A stretch of 62,013 bases of DNA, counting the filler, from Diploschistes diacapsis (lineage: Eukaryota), in NCBI GenBank assembly GCA_023645945.1. It is 8 parts of 8 records of this genome, joined end to end, with 100 filler letters (N's around TTAATTAATTAA, not from the genome) between each part and the next. Parts side by side here need not be neighbours in the genome. Positions count along the whole stretch, not along the records: positions 38,862 to 46,517 come from JALAIB010001258.1; positions 46,618 to 54,267 come from JALAIB010001259.1; 6 more parts are not named here. One strand, given 5' to 3'. Numbering within the stretch: the first letter of the stretch is position 1; every line of letters begins with the position of its first letter. The notes beneath the pieces were generated by a model. It had not been told where the DNA came from. It ran no database searches and saw nothing but the letters and a program-made list of their open reading frames with translations. Below are positions 39,278-51,840 of the stretch, piece by piece. A program made the translations under genes and the position numbers.

Positions 39278-39603
39278 CCAATTTTGGTTATCTATACTGT
39301 ACAAACGATCAACAACAACAACAACCGGCGCTGCAATCCAAACCAAAACCAGAACCGATCCAAAATCAAACGCTGATCCAATTCGGGGTATCTATACTAT
39401 ACTGACGACAAGAACAAACAAGCGACAGCAATCCAGAACCAAACGCTTCTCCAATTTGGGTTATCTATGCTATGCTGCGAATCCAATACAATCCAAAACA
39501 ATCCAAAACCTCAATGCTGATCCTTTTGGGTATCCATACTGTGCTACCAATCCAAAACGATCCAAAAGCAAAACCTTTTATCCCATTCCGGGGGTATCGA
39601 TGC
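39278..39603. repeat. Degenerate tandem array, 5 copies of a CCAATTYGGGKTATCTATRCT-like motif
   Basis: Copies start at 39278, 39378, 39451, 39522, 39583, with A/C-rich AATCCAAAAC-containing linkers. Confidence 0.8.
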
Positions 39604-39651
39604 GTCGCTAATTATGCAAGACAAAAACGAGGGTAAACGATGTCAATCGCT

Positions 39652-41205
39652 TCAAGAGGGCTGACGAGAGTCTCCGTTACTCATGCAGCTCAAGAAGCAA
39701 CGGCACAGACCATGAATCCAGTTCCACGCCTTGCGGAGGGAGAGGCTTGAGGAATTAGAGAGTCCTTTATCGGCCGGTTCGATGTTAGCTTGCATGTCGA
39801 AGAGTTTGATGTTGGCGTCGACAGGTTTGATGGTGGGTTGAATGTCGACGGGTTTGGTAGTAAGGTGGTCGGCGACGGGTTTGATGATTGGTTGGATGCT
39901 GACCACGTTAATGGTGGATTGGACATTGACCGGTTTGATGGAAACTGGGTGAGTGATGGATACTTTGCGGAGTGGGTTGAGAGTTGGTTGGATGAATAGT
40001 GGGTAAGGGATAGGTCGTATAGTGGCGATGGAATTCTCATCAAACACCTCCGACTCATCATCAGAGTCGGGGTTTCCAATCTCGCGAAGCTGTCCTCGCG
40101 CTTCCATGAGAATGTAGGATACATCATCTTTGGTTGATGGATCATTTCCGAGCTCGCCTGGCTTGTTGATAACATCACGGTTGTGAGACCGTTCAAGCAT
40201 CTGCTGCGTGGTTGAGCTCTCTGGCATCGGCTTCGATGTAGTGCAAGCGAGACTCTTATGAGTCTGCTGGAGTTCTTCATATTTGGCTAAGCTCTCCGAG
40301 GCTAAGCTCTTTGGGAGCGTCTCGAATGGATTATCCTTGATGGATGCATCAGCTTTGCAGCTGGCAGACTTCTGTGAGACCGACGCCGAAGGGTAGCTGA
40401 AAGTCTTTTCGAGTGGATGAGGTTCCTCGTGGCTGGCCGACTTCTGTGAGATCGAGGCCGAGGATGAAGAGTATTCGAGGCATTCGGGAAGTGGTTTGTC
40501 TCCTCGAGTGGCGTAGTCCACTTCGAGCGGCTGAGTTTTATAATCATCGGGGGCGCCTAGAGGCTTTTGGACCTGGTTGTACAACATCAAGAACAAGGGG
40601 TCAATGTTATAGTTTCCATGTTCAGTGTATACTTTGATGGGTTCCGGTATGCCAACCCGCTCTGATAGGGAGCGGTGTTCGGTTGTTTTGGGGTCGTAAA
40701 TCTCCCCAAGCTTTGCTAGTCGATTGAAGTGTGATTTACAGTCCTCGTTAGGGTCCTGGCCCTCCTGGATGTCTTCGAGCCATGAGTTGATCTTGGGTCG
40801 TTTACGAAGAATTAGGCTTTGCAGGTCATGTAGCTGCTCTTGCCTCTGAGGGGGGCTAATAAGGGGACGTGCTGATGCGTCGAGGACATTGGTGAGCCTT
40901 TCGAGCAAGTCACATCGTGTCTGTTTCGATGCTGGCTTGATGTCCTGTGATGTCTCCTTTGGAGCTGCCTTGGCATCTTGTGCTATCTTATCCTGAGCCG
41001 GCTCGGATAGATGGCAGCTCTCTTCACCTGGATATTCTCCGACTTTGTCCAACTCTTCCTTGAGAGGTCGAGGATTCAATAGCAAGCTTGAACCAGAAAA
41101 GACTCGCTGTTTTACCTTCTGGGCAGCCCATTGTGTGATGCTTGGGACGTGACCTATCTGGGACATCCCCTCATCCGAGAGGATGATCGAGCCTGCACTC
41201 ATCAT
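39652..41205 (-). CDS. Hypothetical 517-aa protein with low-complexity and repeat segments
   Basis: Long intronless ORF with a duplicated SxSQKSAS motif, (I/T)KPVxxQ repeats and C-terminal WNWIHGLCRCFLSCM. No family recognised. Confidence 0.6.
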   Translation of the reverse strand: MMSAGSIILSDEGMSQIGHVPSITQWAAQKVKQRVFSGSSLLLNPRPLKEELDKVGEYPGEESCHLSEPAQDKIAQDAKAAPKETSQDIKPASKQTRCDLLERLTNVLDASARPLISPPQRQEQLHDLQSLILRKRPKINSWLEDIQEGQDPNEDCKSHFNRLAKLGEIYDPKTTEHRSLSERVGIPEPIKVYTEHGNYNIDPLFLMLYNQVQKPLGAPDDYKTQPLEVDYATRGDKPLPECLEYSSSSASISQKSASHEEPHPLEKTFSYPSASVSQKSASCKADASIKDNPFETLPKSLASESLAKYEELQQTHKSLACTTSKPMPESSTTQQMLERSHNRDVINKPGELGNDPSTKDDVSYILMEARGQLREIGNPDSDDESEVFDENSIATIRPIPYPLFIQPTLNPLRKVSITHPVSIKPVNVQSTINVVSIQPIIKPVADHLTTKPVDIQPTIKPVDANIKLFDMQANIEPADKGLSNSSSLSLRKAWNWIHGLCRCFLSCMSNGDSRQPS

Positions 41206-42354
41206 GAATCATGCAGGGGGGGGGGGGGTACTTTCTTGGTTGTAATGGAGACTGGAGTTGTGTTCAACGAGTAAATGTGCAGTAACCAACCTTGAACCCA
41301 AAGTTGAAAGTTGGTGGCTTGGGGTGATAGCGTCGCTCTACAGTAACTACTGGGTATAGTAGTAAATCAGAGTTGAGTCAGAAGTGGGGGGGAAGGAAGA
41401 AGGATGAAAAACCAAAGACGTGTTAAATACGCGTTTCTATCGTGGGGCTGGATGACTTATAGTGGGGAATTTAGGTAAACTTTCACCATTTAGGGTATAG
41501 TGCTAACTAGTAGTACTAGTTATCGTGAGTGAGTTACGTACCTAGTAGGGAAGTATTGCGAATTAGAAGGTCACGATTCTTCAGGCAAGGATAAGATTGT
41601 TTTGCGAAAGGTCTACTAATTTGTGAATGTTCGCAGGACCTTGCTACCGACGGTTCGTCTGATAAAGCGCGGGTCTGTCATTCCATCGTGATGGGCTTGA
41701 AGAGACGATAGAGTATACTCTCCCTTTCGTCTTGTCTTACGCTTCTTGAAAAGAGGTTGGCAAGATCCTGCGTATTGGAGTTATATGCACCGTTACAACC
41801 CTCCATATTACTGGAGCGCATCGTCAATTGCCCCCCGTCGATGGCGTGATTAGAAGCTGCTGGTAAAGAACTGGGCAGAAAGACGAAAGACAGGGGGGTA
41901 TTATATGAGCACGTGAAAATTGGGCTTATGCAGCCAAGCTAAAGCTGGCTAAAACATGTCAGACCATTGATAAGACTAATAATAATTCATACAATTAAGG
42001 GCTGTGGGGGCCGAACTGCTTGGGCAGAAATGAGTTGCAGTAGAGAAAAAAAAAAAACCCAAGCGAGCAGGCAGACCATCATAAAGCTTTTGTATTATAG
42101 CAAACGCCCAGCTTAAACTCTCAGTACGTATCTCATTGAGCCAACGTGCAAAGCTATCTATAATCTGCACGGTTTTGCATTTATAATCAGTCCCGGATTG
42201 TCCCTGTTCTTTCTTGTATCGTTGTCGCCCGTACCTGGCGGCTTGTGTACTGGATCTGCTAGAGTTCCGTTGCGGAAGAGGTCGCTTGCGCGATTTAGGT
42301 GTATAAAAAGAGAAAGGAAAGAAAAAAAGCCGCTTTTTAGGCAAGGATCGGAGA

Positions 42355-45285
42355 TCATGGGTGGCCTGGTGGCAATCCGGCTGTTCCATGGTCTAGCGTC
42401 GCTGTCCCGGGCCTCGAGGAATGCCTACTCTTGTCGCCTGTGCTCCTCTCATCCTCGCTCTGACTGGCGCTGTCTGCTGACTGTGCCTCCGTCTTCAGCC
42501 GTTCGGCTCTGTCCGTGAGCAACTTGGCTTCGGCTGCCGCTTGCTGCGCACGAACTTGCTTCATCCACATTTTTTCGTACCGACCCTTTCGCTCGAGCAG
42601 TTCGTCATGGGTTCCCACTTCGGCAACTTTGCCGGAATGAAGAACAACGATTTGGTCAGCCGTGGTGATGGTGGAAAGACGATGCGCAATGACGAGGGAG
42701 GTGCGCCCTTTGGAAAGCTGCCGCAACGCATCCTGGATATGCTGTTCCGTCTCGGTGTCTAGGGCCGCGGTGGCCTCGTCCAAGAGGATGATGCGTGGAT
42801 TCTTCAATATCGTCCTGGCAATGGCTATGCGCTGCTTCTCCCCTCCCGATAACTTCAAGCCTCTCTCGCCGACGCGTGAATCGTAGCCGTCAGAGAAGGC
42901 GAGGATTTTTTCATGAATGCTTGCGGCACTGCAAGCCGCAAATACTTCCTCGTCTGTCGCATCAGGCTTGGCATATCTCAGATTGTACATGATAGACTCA
43001 TTGAAGAGCACCGTATCCTGCGGAACAACACCCATGTGCCGCCGAAGGGAATCGATGGTGATATCTCGGACGTCGTGGCCATCGACCTGCAGGCTTCCTT
43101 CCCCGGCATTGTAGAACCGGTACAGCAGGCGAAAAATGGTCGATTTGCCGCCGCCAGATTCACCAACGAGCGCCGTAGTGGTGCCTGGCTGGCATTGGAA
43201 CGACACCCCCCTGAGGGCCAACTTCCGCTCGTCGTAGGAAAACTGCACATCGCTGAACCTGATATTACCTTGACAAGAAGGGAGTGGCTGGGCGTCCGGG
43301 TCATCGAGGACCGTGGGCTGCTCTTTGAAGAGCTCGAGCATCCTTTCCGAGTTGATCATCGCGAACTGGATCGACCGGTAAAACGTTCCGAAAAAGTTAA
43401 GGGGGCCCTGAAGTTGCGACATGTAAAAGACCAGGGCGGTAAAATCTCCGACCTTGCGCTGACCGGCCGTCACCTGATAGGCCGCGATGAAGCAAGTTAC
43501 CAACAGACCCAAGGTGAAAACCATGTTTTGAGAGACATTCATGATGTTGAGCGAAATCAAGACTTTGAACTCGGAGCTCTGAAAGTCGCGCACTGCTCGT
43601 CGATACCGATCGAACTCGTAGCTTTCGGCATTGAAGTACTTGACCGTCTCGTAAGAAACCATGGAGTCGTTTCTGACAGCAACCGTTAGTCGACGAAATC
43701 CATCGGGAAAAATTGAACCCACTCACTTCACAGCGTCTTCCTGGCGACTGAAATTGACCATCTCCCGCCTGATGTCAGCACGCCACTGAGCCAGGCGTAT
43801 GGTGAGGTACAAGTAGACAAAGGTTACGATAGCGATGACCAAGGCATAGTAGGCGTCGAAAACTATGTAGAAGTATCCGATTGCTACTCCTAGGTCTACC
43901 AGCATGGGCAGCACCTGGAAAGTGACTTGTTCGAGAAAGGTGTTGATGGAATTGCCTTTGTTCAGCGCCGAAAGAACTTCCCCAGTCTTCTTTCCCAAGT
44001 GGAAATCTAGGCTCAGGCCATGCACGTGTTCGAAAGCGGCCACCGAAAGCTCTTGGTACGAGTACTGTCCTATGGGCACCCAGAGAACGCTGCGCAGGGC
44101 GTTGATGAGGCCGCTGTTGCCCTGAAGGAAGCGATAAAAGATGTAGAGGCATATCTGCCCCCATGGAATGCCGGCATCGTATCCATCCGCTCCTGCAAGG
44201 TTGTTGGTAATGACACCTACCTGCCGAGGAACGAGCAAGTTAACTACCCGCGCTATTATCACCAGCACAAAGCAGATCACGACCACGATTTGTAAACGGA
44301 CGGATTTTGCCGGCCACAAGTAAGGAAAAAATAGGGAGTAACCGCTTATGTACTCCCACCAGTTCTTGGAAGGTACCTTATCGGGTCTACTCCAGGCGTC
44401 CTTCTGCGGAGTATCAACACCTCCGTAAGTACGGCCGTTGGCGTGGCCGTTGGCGCCTTGAGCTGAGCTGAGAAGCCCAGTAGCTTCTTCGGCCGAAGGT
44501 GAGTCGAGCGCATGGGACCTCCTCTCACGACCCCGAGCGATCAAGACGAGAAGGAGATATGTAGACACCAACCCGCTAAGAAAGATGACCCGAACGACGT
44601 TAATGGCGACATCAAGACCTTCCCAGGAGGTGATGGAATCACGCCTAGCTCCGCCTGCGGGATCTCCTGCGGACGGTTCCCAGTGGGTAGAAGTGTAAAC
44701 TTCAAGAGAAGCCACCAAGAAGGCAATTTCCATACATAGGGCCACGAGCCACGTCAACCAGTGGACCAGCGTAGGGGACGACTTCGTATCGATTATCGAA
44801 ATGAGTAGCAGACAGTAGATGAAAAACGAGGCTATCACGTATATCTAATTATCTTACCATTAGCCTAAGACGCAGCGGGTGGGAAGGTTTCCAAATCTGC
44901 TTACCGCAACCGGTTTTCCACACCACCATTGATCAGCCCGATCGACGAGAGCATGGATACAGATCAGTGTAGCGTCAGCCAGGAAGGTCAAAATAACCCC
45001 GACCGTGATCCAGCTGAAGAATGCCCTTGCCGCGGAACTGAAATCTTTACTTGCACGCGTCGTCAGAGGCTTCTTGGGCGTTTTGGCCTTTGGTAGTGGT
45101 TTCCCTCCTGGACCCTTCTGTGCCAAAGTACATGAAGAGAACTCGTCCGATGCCGTTCTAACGCTGTAGGCCATGAAAGTACCTAAGAAAATGACAAGAA
45201 GAATGGCTGGATAGGAGTAATGCAAATAGACCAGTGCCTGGCGGATTTCCTGACTCGGCGCCGACGCCTCACGGATGTACGCCAT
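42355..45285 (-). CDS. HMT1: Heavy-metal tolerance half ABC transporter (Hmt1/ABCB6)
   Basis: Long hydrophobic N-terminal extension, FEHVHGLSLDFHLGKKTGEV, NYETVKYF-like motif, Walker A GESGGGKS, LSGGEKQR, LLDEATAALD; 2 introns. Confidence 0.93.
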
Positions 45286-46517
45286 GACTCCAGAGCCGCC
45301 AAATGTTACCCGATGGAGCAGGCCAGCGAGACAGTAGTGAAAAGGACGACCCTATACCGAGACTCCCCGGATTCGAACGATTCCGCCTATAGAATGTGCC
45401 AATTTATCAAGCATCCAACAAAATGAAACTCATTGGCCAACAAACTCAAGAGACCCACTCGGAGCAGCCCCAGAGAGAGGACCGAAGGAATGAAAAGAGG
45501 CTGGATCATGCGGTAGGCGAAAGAAAGTGAACAGAGAGCGGCCGATTAAAGTAAGGTGAGGCTATCATGAGAGTGTGTTGGAGTAGATTAGAAGGGCTTT
45601 GGACATGGTAACAATTTAGTTGACCCCCAATCTCGATGCTCGTAAATAAAAAGGCCTTGCGAAGCAACAAGCAGGTATGTTATCACGGAAACGGTATAAC
45701 CGATAGGAAATCAATCCTCCATCAGTTTCAAAAAGAGCTGTAGACGGATATCGCCCAAGAAACCACTTCAGATCCAGAATGTGGGAAGAGCAACCGGGTA
45801 GGCTCACAAACGGAAGAATCAACGGGCTCGACCTTCTTGTATTATTTTACCAATGGCTTTTTCAGATTATTCAACTTCTCCTTGGTGGTGGCAAGGAGGT
45901 TCGGCTGGAAACATGTACCTGATAGGTATCTGCTCGGTAGATGTTTCTCTTCCCTGGTAAAGTTGAGATAGACGGGGAGTAGTGCTCCCAGGGGTATAGG
46001 CCCAGTCAAATGCGGACCACACCTCAAGATTTCCGCCTGCCGTGTTATTTGTCGAGTGACAGTCCAAACGCCAAAAGTGGCTTGCCCGGGCAGCAAGTGG
46101 AGGAGGAATGGAGATCAAGGGCCGTCAATCCTTAGAGCATCTCGCACGGTATTTTGCAAGATGCTATGCTAATGAGCTTGACGCCGGGGAACTCGATTGT
46201 GCATGAGAGCAACCTATGGGAATCTCTGAGCCGCTGCCACGTCGATGCGTCAAGGCTCGATCTTAGCCCATGGCCTCTTGAATTGGCTAAACCGTCAATA
46301 GGCGATTAAAACTTGGCCTCCGACCTGCGGAAGCTGACTTCCACCAGTATACCTCTTCCTAGTCTCCAAACTGAGTGGGAGATATCACCAAAGAGGCAGC
46401 TCACCGGCCGCATGCGAGACCTGATTGGGCCTATGTCACGATTTTACCTCGATGCGGTGAGGGCTTGGGGTAACGGCCTCATGCAGCTGCGTATGAGATA
46501 GCGAGAGGGAGGGAGGG

Positions 46518-46617
46518 NNNNNNNNNNNNNNNNNNNNNNNNNNNNNNNNNNNNNNNNNNNNTTAATTAATTAANNNNNNNNNNNNNNNNNNNNNNNNNNN
46601 NNNNNNNNNNNNNNNNN
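46518..46617. other. Artificial contig spacer
   Basis: N44-TTAATTAATTAA-N44. Confidence 0.99.
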
Positions 46618-46916
46618 ACGTAAATTAAATAAACGAATTAAATTAAAAAATCGTTTTATATTTAATATAAACGAAATTTTTAAAATAATAATTCGGATTA
46701 AATCGAGTTAAATAATTTCAAAACGATTTATAACGCGTAAAAAACGTCGTCGTATTTCTAAAATCGAAGGAAATAAAAAGAAAAAAATAAATTCGATTTA
46801 GATCGATTAGATTCTAATTACGACGAATAGGTTATATTTAAAAACCGTAAAATCTTGGCGGTAGTGATTTGAGGTGGCCGGAATCTGGGGGTAGCCGGAA
46901 TCCCCGTGAAACACGT
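46618..46916. mobile_element. RIP-mutated Fot1/pogo-like DNA transposon end
   Basis: AT-rich, CpA/TpG-poor sequence ending in TIR ...GCCGGAATC...GCCGGAATCCCCGTGAAACACGT followed by TA. ACGT terminus with an internal direct repeat. Confidence 0.65.
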
Positions 46917-47040
46917 TAGTTTTTTCTTTAGCTTTTTGAAACGAGACCTTTTACTTGCAGATGTCTAATCACACGTAATCCTTCCGGATCAGGCTCAGCC
47001 CCCGGTAGTGTAACACCCTTTTCTGCGCTGGCGTTTGAAA
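46917..47040 (-). repeat. ~120-bp dispersed repeat, copy 1 (inverted relative to 53687-53811)
   Basis: About 15 differences over ~121 nt by manual alignment, mostly transitions. Confidence 0.9.
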
Positions 47041-47365
47041 TATTCTGACATCAATAAAAACACCGAATCATTGTCGTATAGGTTGAAAACGTCGTTAAAG
47101 CGGAAATAAAGGTTATGAAAAAGATCCCATACGATAATAAAAATCTGAAGTTTATAAAATATGCCTAGGCGCTGTTTAGCTCGATACAATGGCATCATTA
47201 ACAATTGATCTAAACAAAATGTTTCACATTAGCACGTCCCCGAAGGGAACCGCTTGTAATTTCATCCTATAACCACATCCTCACCTTTCCCCACGTATAC
47301 CCCCCTCCCCACCTAACGAAGCTACTAAGCTACCCCTCAACCACCCCACATTTATTCCAACCATC

Positions 47366-48258
47366 ATGTCAGGCTTCATCGGCGAACTGGTAGAAGAGTT
47401 CACTCACCAAGGCGGAGGCTCCCAACAGCGGCCACCGCAGCAACAAGGCTATGGAGGCTACAGTGGTGGCGGGGGCGGGCCATCACCTAACGGCCCTCCT
47501 CTGCCACCTGGCTGGATGGCCCGCTGGGACCAGTACCGCAACTGCTACATCTACATCAACCAGGAGACGGGAGAGGAGACGCTCGAGCGGCCCTATTACC
47601 GCGGTGGGCCTCCGCAGCAGGGCTACGGGCAAGGCGGATACGAACGCGAATACGGAGGAGGATATGGTCAAGGTGGGTATGAGCAGGAGCCGCGCAGGCA
47701 GGAGGGGGGGCATCATGGAATGGCGTATGGGGCAGCCGGTGCGGCGGCGGGGCTGGTTGGTGGGGCGATGCTGATGCACGAGGGGGACAAAGTCGGTAAG
47801 CTGCGCAAAAACCTGCACGCACAACACCCACACCTTTGTTCTTTGAAGCCTTCTCTCATTGGTGCCACGAAATACTTTGGCTAACACGTGCCTTCCTTTC
47901 GTCACCAGAGCGTGACTGGGACCGCGACAAGTACCGCGCCGAAGAGCGCTTCGACGACGGCGTCCAGGACGTCGAGAACCTCCCCGACGACGCCGCGAAC
48001 TGGACCGGACGCAAGGTTGGCGAAGTCGAAGACATACCGCAGGACATCGAGGGCGACTACGACCGCGCCAAGTGGGGGGTCGAGAACCGCTTCGACGATG
48101 CGGTGCAGGATGTCGAGGACGTGCCGCACGATATTGGCGAGGGCGTTGACGATGTTGCAGGCTGGATGGGCAGGAAGGCCGGGGACGTGGAGAGGTTCGA
48201 CGATGGCATCGACAACTCTTTTGATGCTGGAGAGGCAGAGGGCAGGGCCGGGTGGTAG
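47366..48258 (+). CDS. WW-domain glycine-rich protein with acidic repeat C-terminus
   Basis: PPLPPGWMARWD...YIYINQETGEETLERP (WW), intron 47796-47908, then repeated RFDDxVQDVExxPxD units. Confidence 0.85.
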
Positions 48259-48794
48259 ATTGAAAGCTGGTGGAAGCTGTGGTAGAGGGTGCAGGACTGG
48301 TGTTGCTTGTCGAATGCTTGCAGGGCTGTATAAAGCAACGATTGCGGCTTCTGAGTCCGACAGCCTGTTCAGCCTGTCTCTCTTGCTATTATCCTAATCT
48401 TGTCTTCATCAAGGTAGTATCATGTCCTTTTCTGTACGAGCCCTGGACTGTTGTGACGCGATAGGTAACGGTTGGACATATCATCACCGATTTGGCATAA
48501 ATAAGTCACTGCATGTAAGTCACCTGGCCGTAGATCCGGCTGACTAAAATAGACATGTGATTAACAGGACCTTGTTCGGAAGCAGCTCTAGGATTTTGGG
48601 AAACGAGGTGATTGTCTGAATGATCTCATTACTGTGAATCTGTGTTTGCTTTCTTATCCTTCTCTCTCTCCCATGCGTTTCCCATATTCAATCTAGTAAT
48701 CCCTTGGCCCGTTCCGTGTATGTACAATGCTATCCTCCTCAGGTACCCTACATTGGGCTACCCTTTCCAAAATGCACGTATGTGGGGGCACCGA

Positions 48795-49259
48795 TCACGC
48801 GCAAAGAGTGAGCGTTAGGTTTGATGCACCTTCGCAGGCATAGACGGAGCTTGGGCCATGGCCCTGATCCCAGGTAACTGTTGAGCAAGACGAGTCGGAT
48901 GGAGCGAGGACGACTTTGTTTGGCTCGAAGGGATCTCCCATGGTGTCCGCAAGAGCGTAGTAGACGAGGTTCTGAGTCGAGTTGTACGTGTATTGAAATT
49001 GAGTCAGGGCGCTTCCGTTGTAGAGGGCATCGATGGAGTTGTACAGCGTTAGCTTGAGGACTATGCCGGCGCCCTGGTATGCCTCCTCGTAACTGCCCGT
49101 CGAGGCCACCAGTGTTCGCCCCGGGTATACAGTGGATGGCGTTACGGAGAAGAGGTAGGCGTCAAAGTCGCACTTGTTGTCCACTATGGCAAAACCGGCT
49201 CCTGAAGCGACAGAAGTGAGAGCAGCGAGCACCGTGGACAGGACTGCAAGGGAACGCAT
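48795..49259 (-). CDS. Small secreted BYS1-like (thaumatin-like) protein
   Basis: Signal peptide, AIVDNKCDFDAYLFSV, QFQYTY, YYALADTMGDPF, C...C...LTLTLC. Confidence 0.8.
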   Translation of the reverse strand: MRSLAVLSTVLAALTSVASGAGFAIVDNKCDFDAYLFSVTPSTVYPGRTLVASTGSYEEAYQGAGIVLKLTLYNSIDALYNGSALTQFQYTYNSTQNLVYYALADTMGDPFEPNKVVLAPSDSSCSTVTWDQGHGPSSVYACEGASNLTLTLCA

Positions 49260-50466
49260 GATGGCGAAAACCTAAGGAAACAAGTGGATGGAGAATTGGC
49301 AGTGGTACAATGGATTTTTGATGCTCGAAGGTGATTTTGGATTTTGATCATGTAGAGAAATGAGAATGACACGTTAAGCAGCGGAGGCGCTCCTACCTTT
49401 ATATCACGAAGTCCTGGAGGAGCACCTACAGAGCCCCCTGGATGGTGATGCCCTGACGTATGATGGTTTGTACATACCATGTTCCTTCGCGTGAGAAGAC
49501 CGGCTCTAAAGATACGAGTAAACGTGGATGGATGCAGGTATTTCACTCACGCCAAACTGCTTCCAGAAAGGGCCAGTAAGGTCGGCCGAGGAAGGTCGAC
49601 AAGAGAATAGCATCAATACGAGAGATCGCCGTTGGCAGAGGCAAGACTTGATCTGTCCACCAGCTTGGCAGGGTCGTTTCCCCGCAAAATGTGTCCCACC
49701 TGACCGCTTCGTTCAACTGAGTATGCAAAGCCAGCGAAATAGCCCTTGATCTCTCCTCGTATCACCATGCGACGACAACGAACTTAGTATACAAAGTAGC
49801 TTGGCGAGGCCCATTCCTCGAAACACTAACCGAGATTTAAGCTTAATCCAAGAAAGATAATGTGGGGTAGTGTGGCATCCGCCAAAGAAGTCGCTGTCTT
49901 GCAGAATATCGCAACAACGGAGATCGGTGTGATGTGATTCATGAGTGAATTGCTTCCGACAAGTGGCCCAACGGTATCCGTTTCGGCTCTGTTGATCTTG
50001 TATGCGCCATCGTTCGAGTTATGTTTCCACGCCATATCGTGAGATCGCTCCAGCTTTCAGGTTCTCGGAATCCAGCGTCGATCATGGCGACAGCATCATG
50101 TCTGCCAGGCTCAACAATTCAGACCACTTCAGAGCGCGGAAACTGGGTGAGCATCGCTACGAACAATATGCGCACAGACCTTGTGCGTAGCTAAGAGGAA
50201 AACTTGACGTGAAAAGTACAACAATACAGTAAGTCTGGAAGAAATAGCAGTTGACATCTCTGTTCGCGTCATGATGATGTTAAGAAGTGCTCTTTACCAC
50301 TCGGACTTCGCCCTTTCTCATCCCGGTGTTGCAGGATCAAGGACGTCACTTCCCACTTGATGCATCTATATTCAACCCATAGTTCCACCTTTACTTATTT
50401 TCAACACAACCATTGCACTTCACAATACAAGAGAGAAAAGAAAGCTGCATTTGCATATCAGAGACC

Positions 50467-51087
50467 ATGCCTGAGCCACTCCGAGCCTCCGAAGTTGAAA
50501 ACAAGAAAGATCCTTCCGTAACAAAACAGTACGATGACAAGACTCCAAAAGCTGAACAGATCCAAGACCTCTACAACATCGTCGACAAGCTCAAGACATG
50601 CCTTCTTGTGACTCAGCGTGAGAACGTCGGGCCTGTCGGACGCTCCATGGCCGTGGCCAAGCGTAATGGCCCAGATTTCTACTTCCTCGCCAATGTCAAC
50701 TCTCGAAAATTTGACGACATCAGACACTCGGACAACGTCGCCATCACTTTCCAGGACTCGAGCACCCAGAACTGGGTCTCTATCGCAGGCAAAGCCACAA
50801 AGGCATCCAACGCTGACCCCCGCATTAAGGAGTATTACAGCAAGGGAACCTCGGCTTGGTTCGGTGACTTGGGTGATGGAACACACAATGGGGGACCTGA
50901 GGACCCACGCATGGCGCTTATCGAAGTCAAGCCGTGGTATATCACTTATTGGAAGAGCACAGTCACATCACTGGGATTGGTCAAGGAGGTGGTAGGGGGC
51001 GCAATGACGGGGCAGGTGGCTAACACGGGTGATACGAGGGAGTTGATGCAATCTGATATCGAGAAGATGAGAGAGACGACACAGTGA
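50467..51087 (+). CDS. BLI-3-like / general stress protein, pyridoxamine-phosphate-oxidase-like FMN-binding barrel
   Basis: RSMAVAKRNGPDFYFLAN, WVSIAGKA, AWFGDLGDGTHNGGPEDPRMALI. Confidence 0.85.
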   Translation: MPEPLRASEVENKKDPSVTKQYDDKTPKAEQIQDLYNIVDKLKTCLLVTQRENVGPVGRSMAVAKRNGPDFYFLANVNSRKFDDIRHSDNVAITFQDSSTQNWVSIAGKATKASNADPRIKEYYSKGTSAWFGDLGDGTHNGGPEDPRMALIEVKPWYITYWKSTVTSLGLVKEVVGGAMTGQVANTGDTRELMQSDIEKMRETTQ

Positions 51088-51166
51088 TTGCAAAGATAAT
51101 ACTCACGGACGAGTCCTGGACGGCCGCATGCCTTAGCATAATCTAGTCGATCGAAAATCAAGACTA

Positions 51167-51512
51167 TTAATGGGGTTGTCTCACAATTCGTGCTACTTCT
51201 TCTCGTCCTTTCGTCGCTTGCCGTAGCATTCTTTCCTCTCCCTCATCAGCAAAGATAAACGCTACCATGAGACCGTCTTTGCTCACATTTTTTTTGCCTC
51301 GATCTGCCTCTGTACGCTTGCCTTCGAGTCTGTCGAGTGCCTCTTCGATAAGCCCAATGTGCCCCCTGAAGGTCCCTTCAAGCTCATCCATCCTGGCTCC
51401 ATGCTCGTCGAGGTTGCATATGTGATGCGACCGAAGTACATAGGTGGAACCGGCGATGGCGGACAAGGTGGTGGCTAAGGAAAAGGGTGGATGTTCGAAT
51501 GAGTGAAGCCAT
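51167..51512 (-). pseudogene. Small membrane-anchored/coiled-coil protein with apparent frameshift
   Basis: MASLIRTSTLF (51512) is out of frame with SLATTLSAIAGSTYVLRSHH...MDELEGTFRGHIGLIEEALDRLEGK; the shift falls at a CCCTTTTCC run. Confidence 0.4.
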
Positions 51513-51840
51513 TCCGTAGTATTTTAGAAGCTTTCAGTATTATGCAAGAAGAAAGTCCTAGGCTCATCGAGGCCGACTCGTGGGTATTATGCAGAAGCTC
51601 GAAATTTGCGAAGGGATCATATCGATGATGCAAGGACCGTGTCTCCGGCGATCGGCGGTAGATGCCAGATTCGGCCTTGTTCGCACAAGGACGAACCGCA
51701 TGAGAACTTTTGCCACCTCCAATAACATCTTCACAATTGCATGGCTCCTAAGATTCGGATGCTAATAAACCAGCATCTTCAAAATCTTAGGGCCCGGATG
51801 TGAAGAGACCTGACATGAATATGGCATATTTTTGAGCTTA

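Noticed and set aside
39278..39603. CRISPR-like array
   Set aside because: Eukaryotic context, degenerate repeats, linkers related to each other and of unequal length, no cas genes.
45850..46500. Protein-like plus-strand frame with TAG stops as A-to-I editing or readthrough target
   Set aside because: Also contains TAA/TGA stops and no recognisable domain; more likely decayed sequence.
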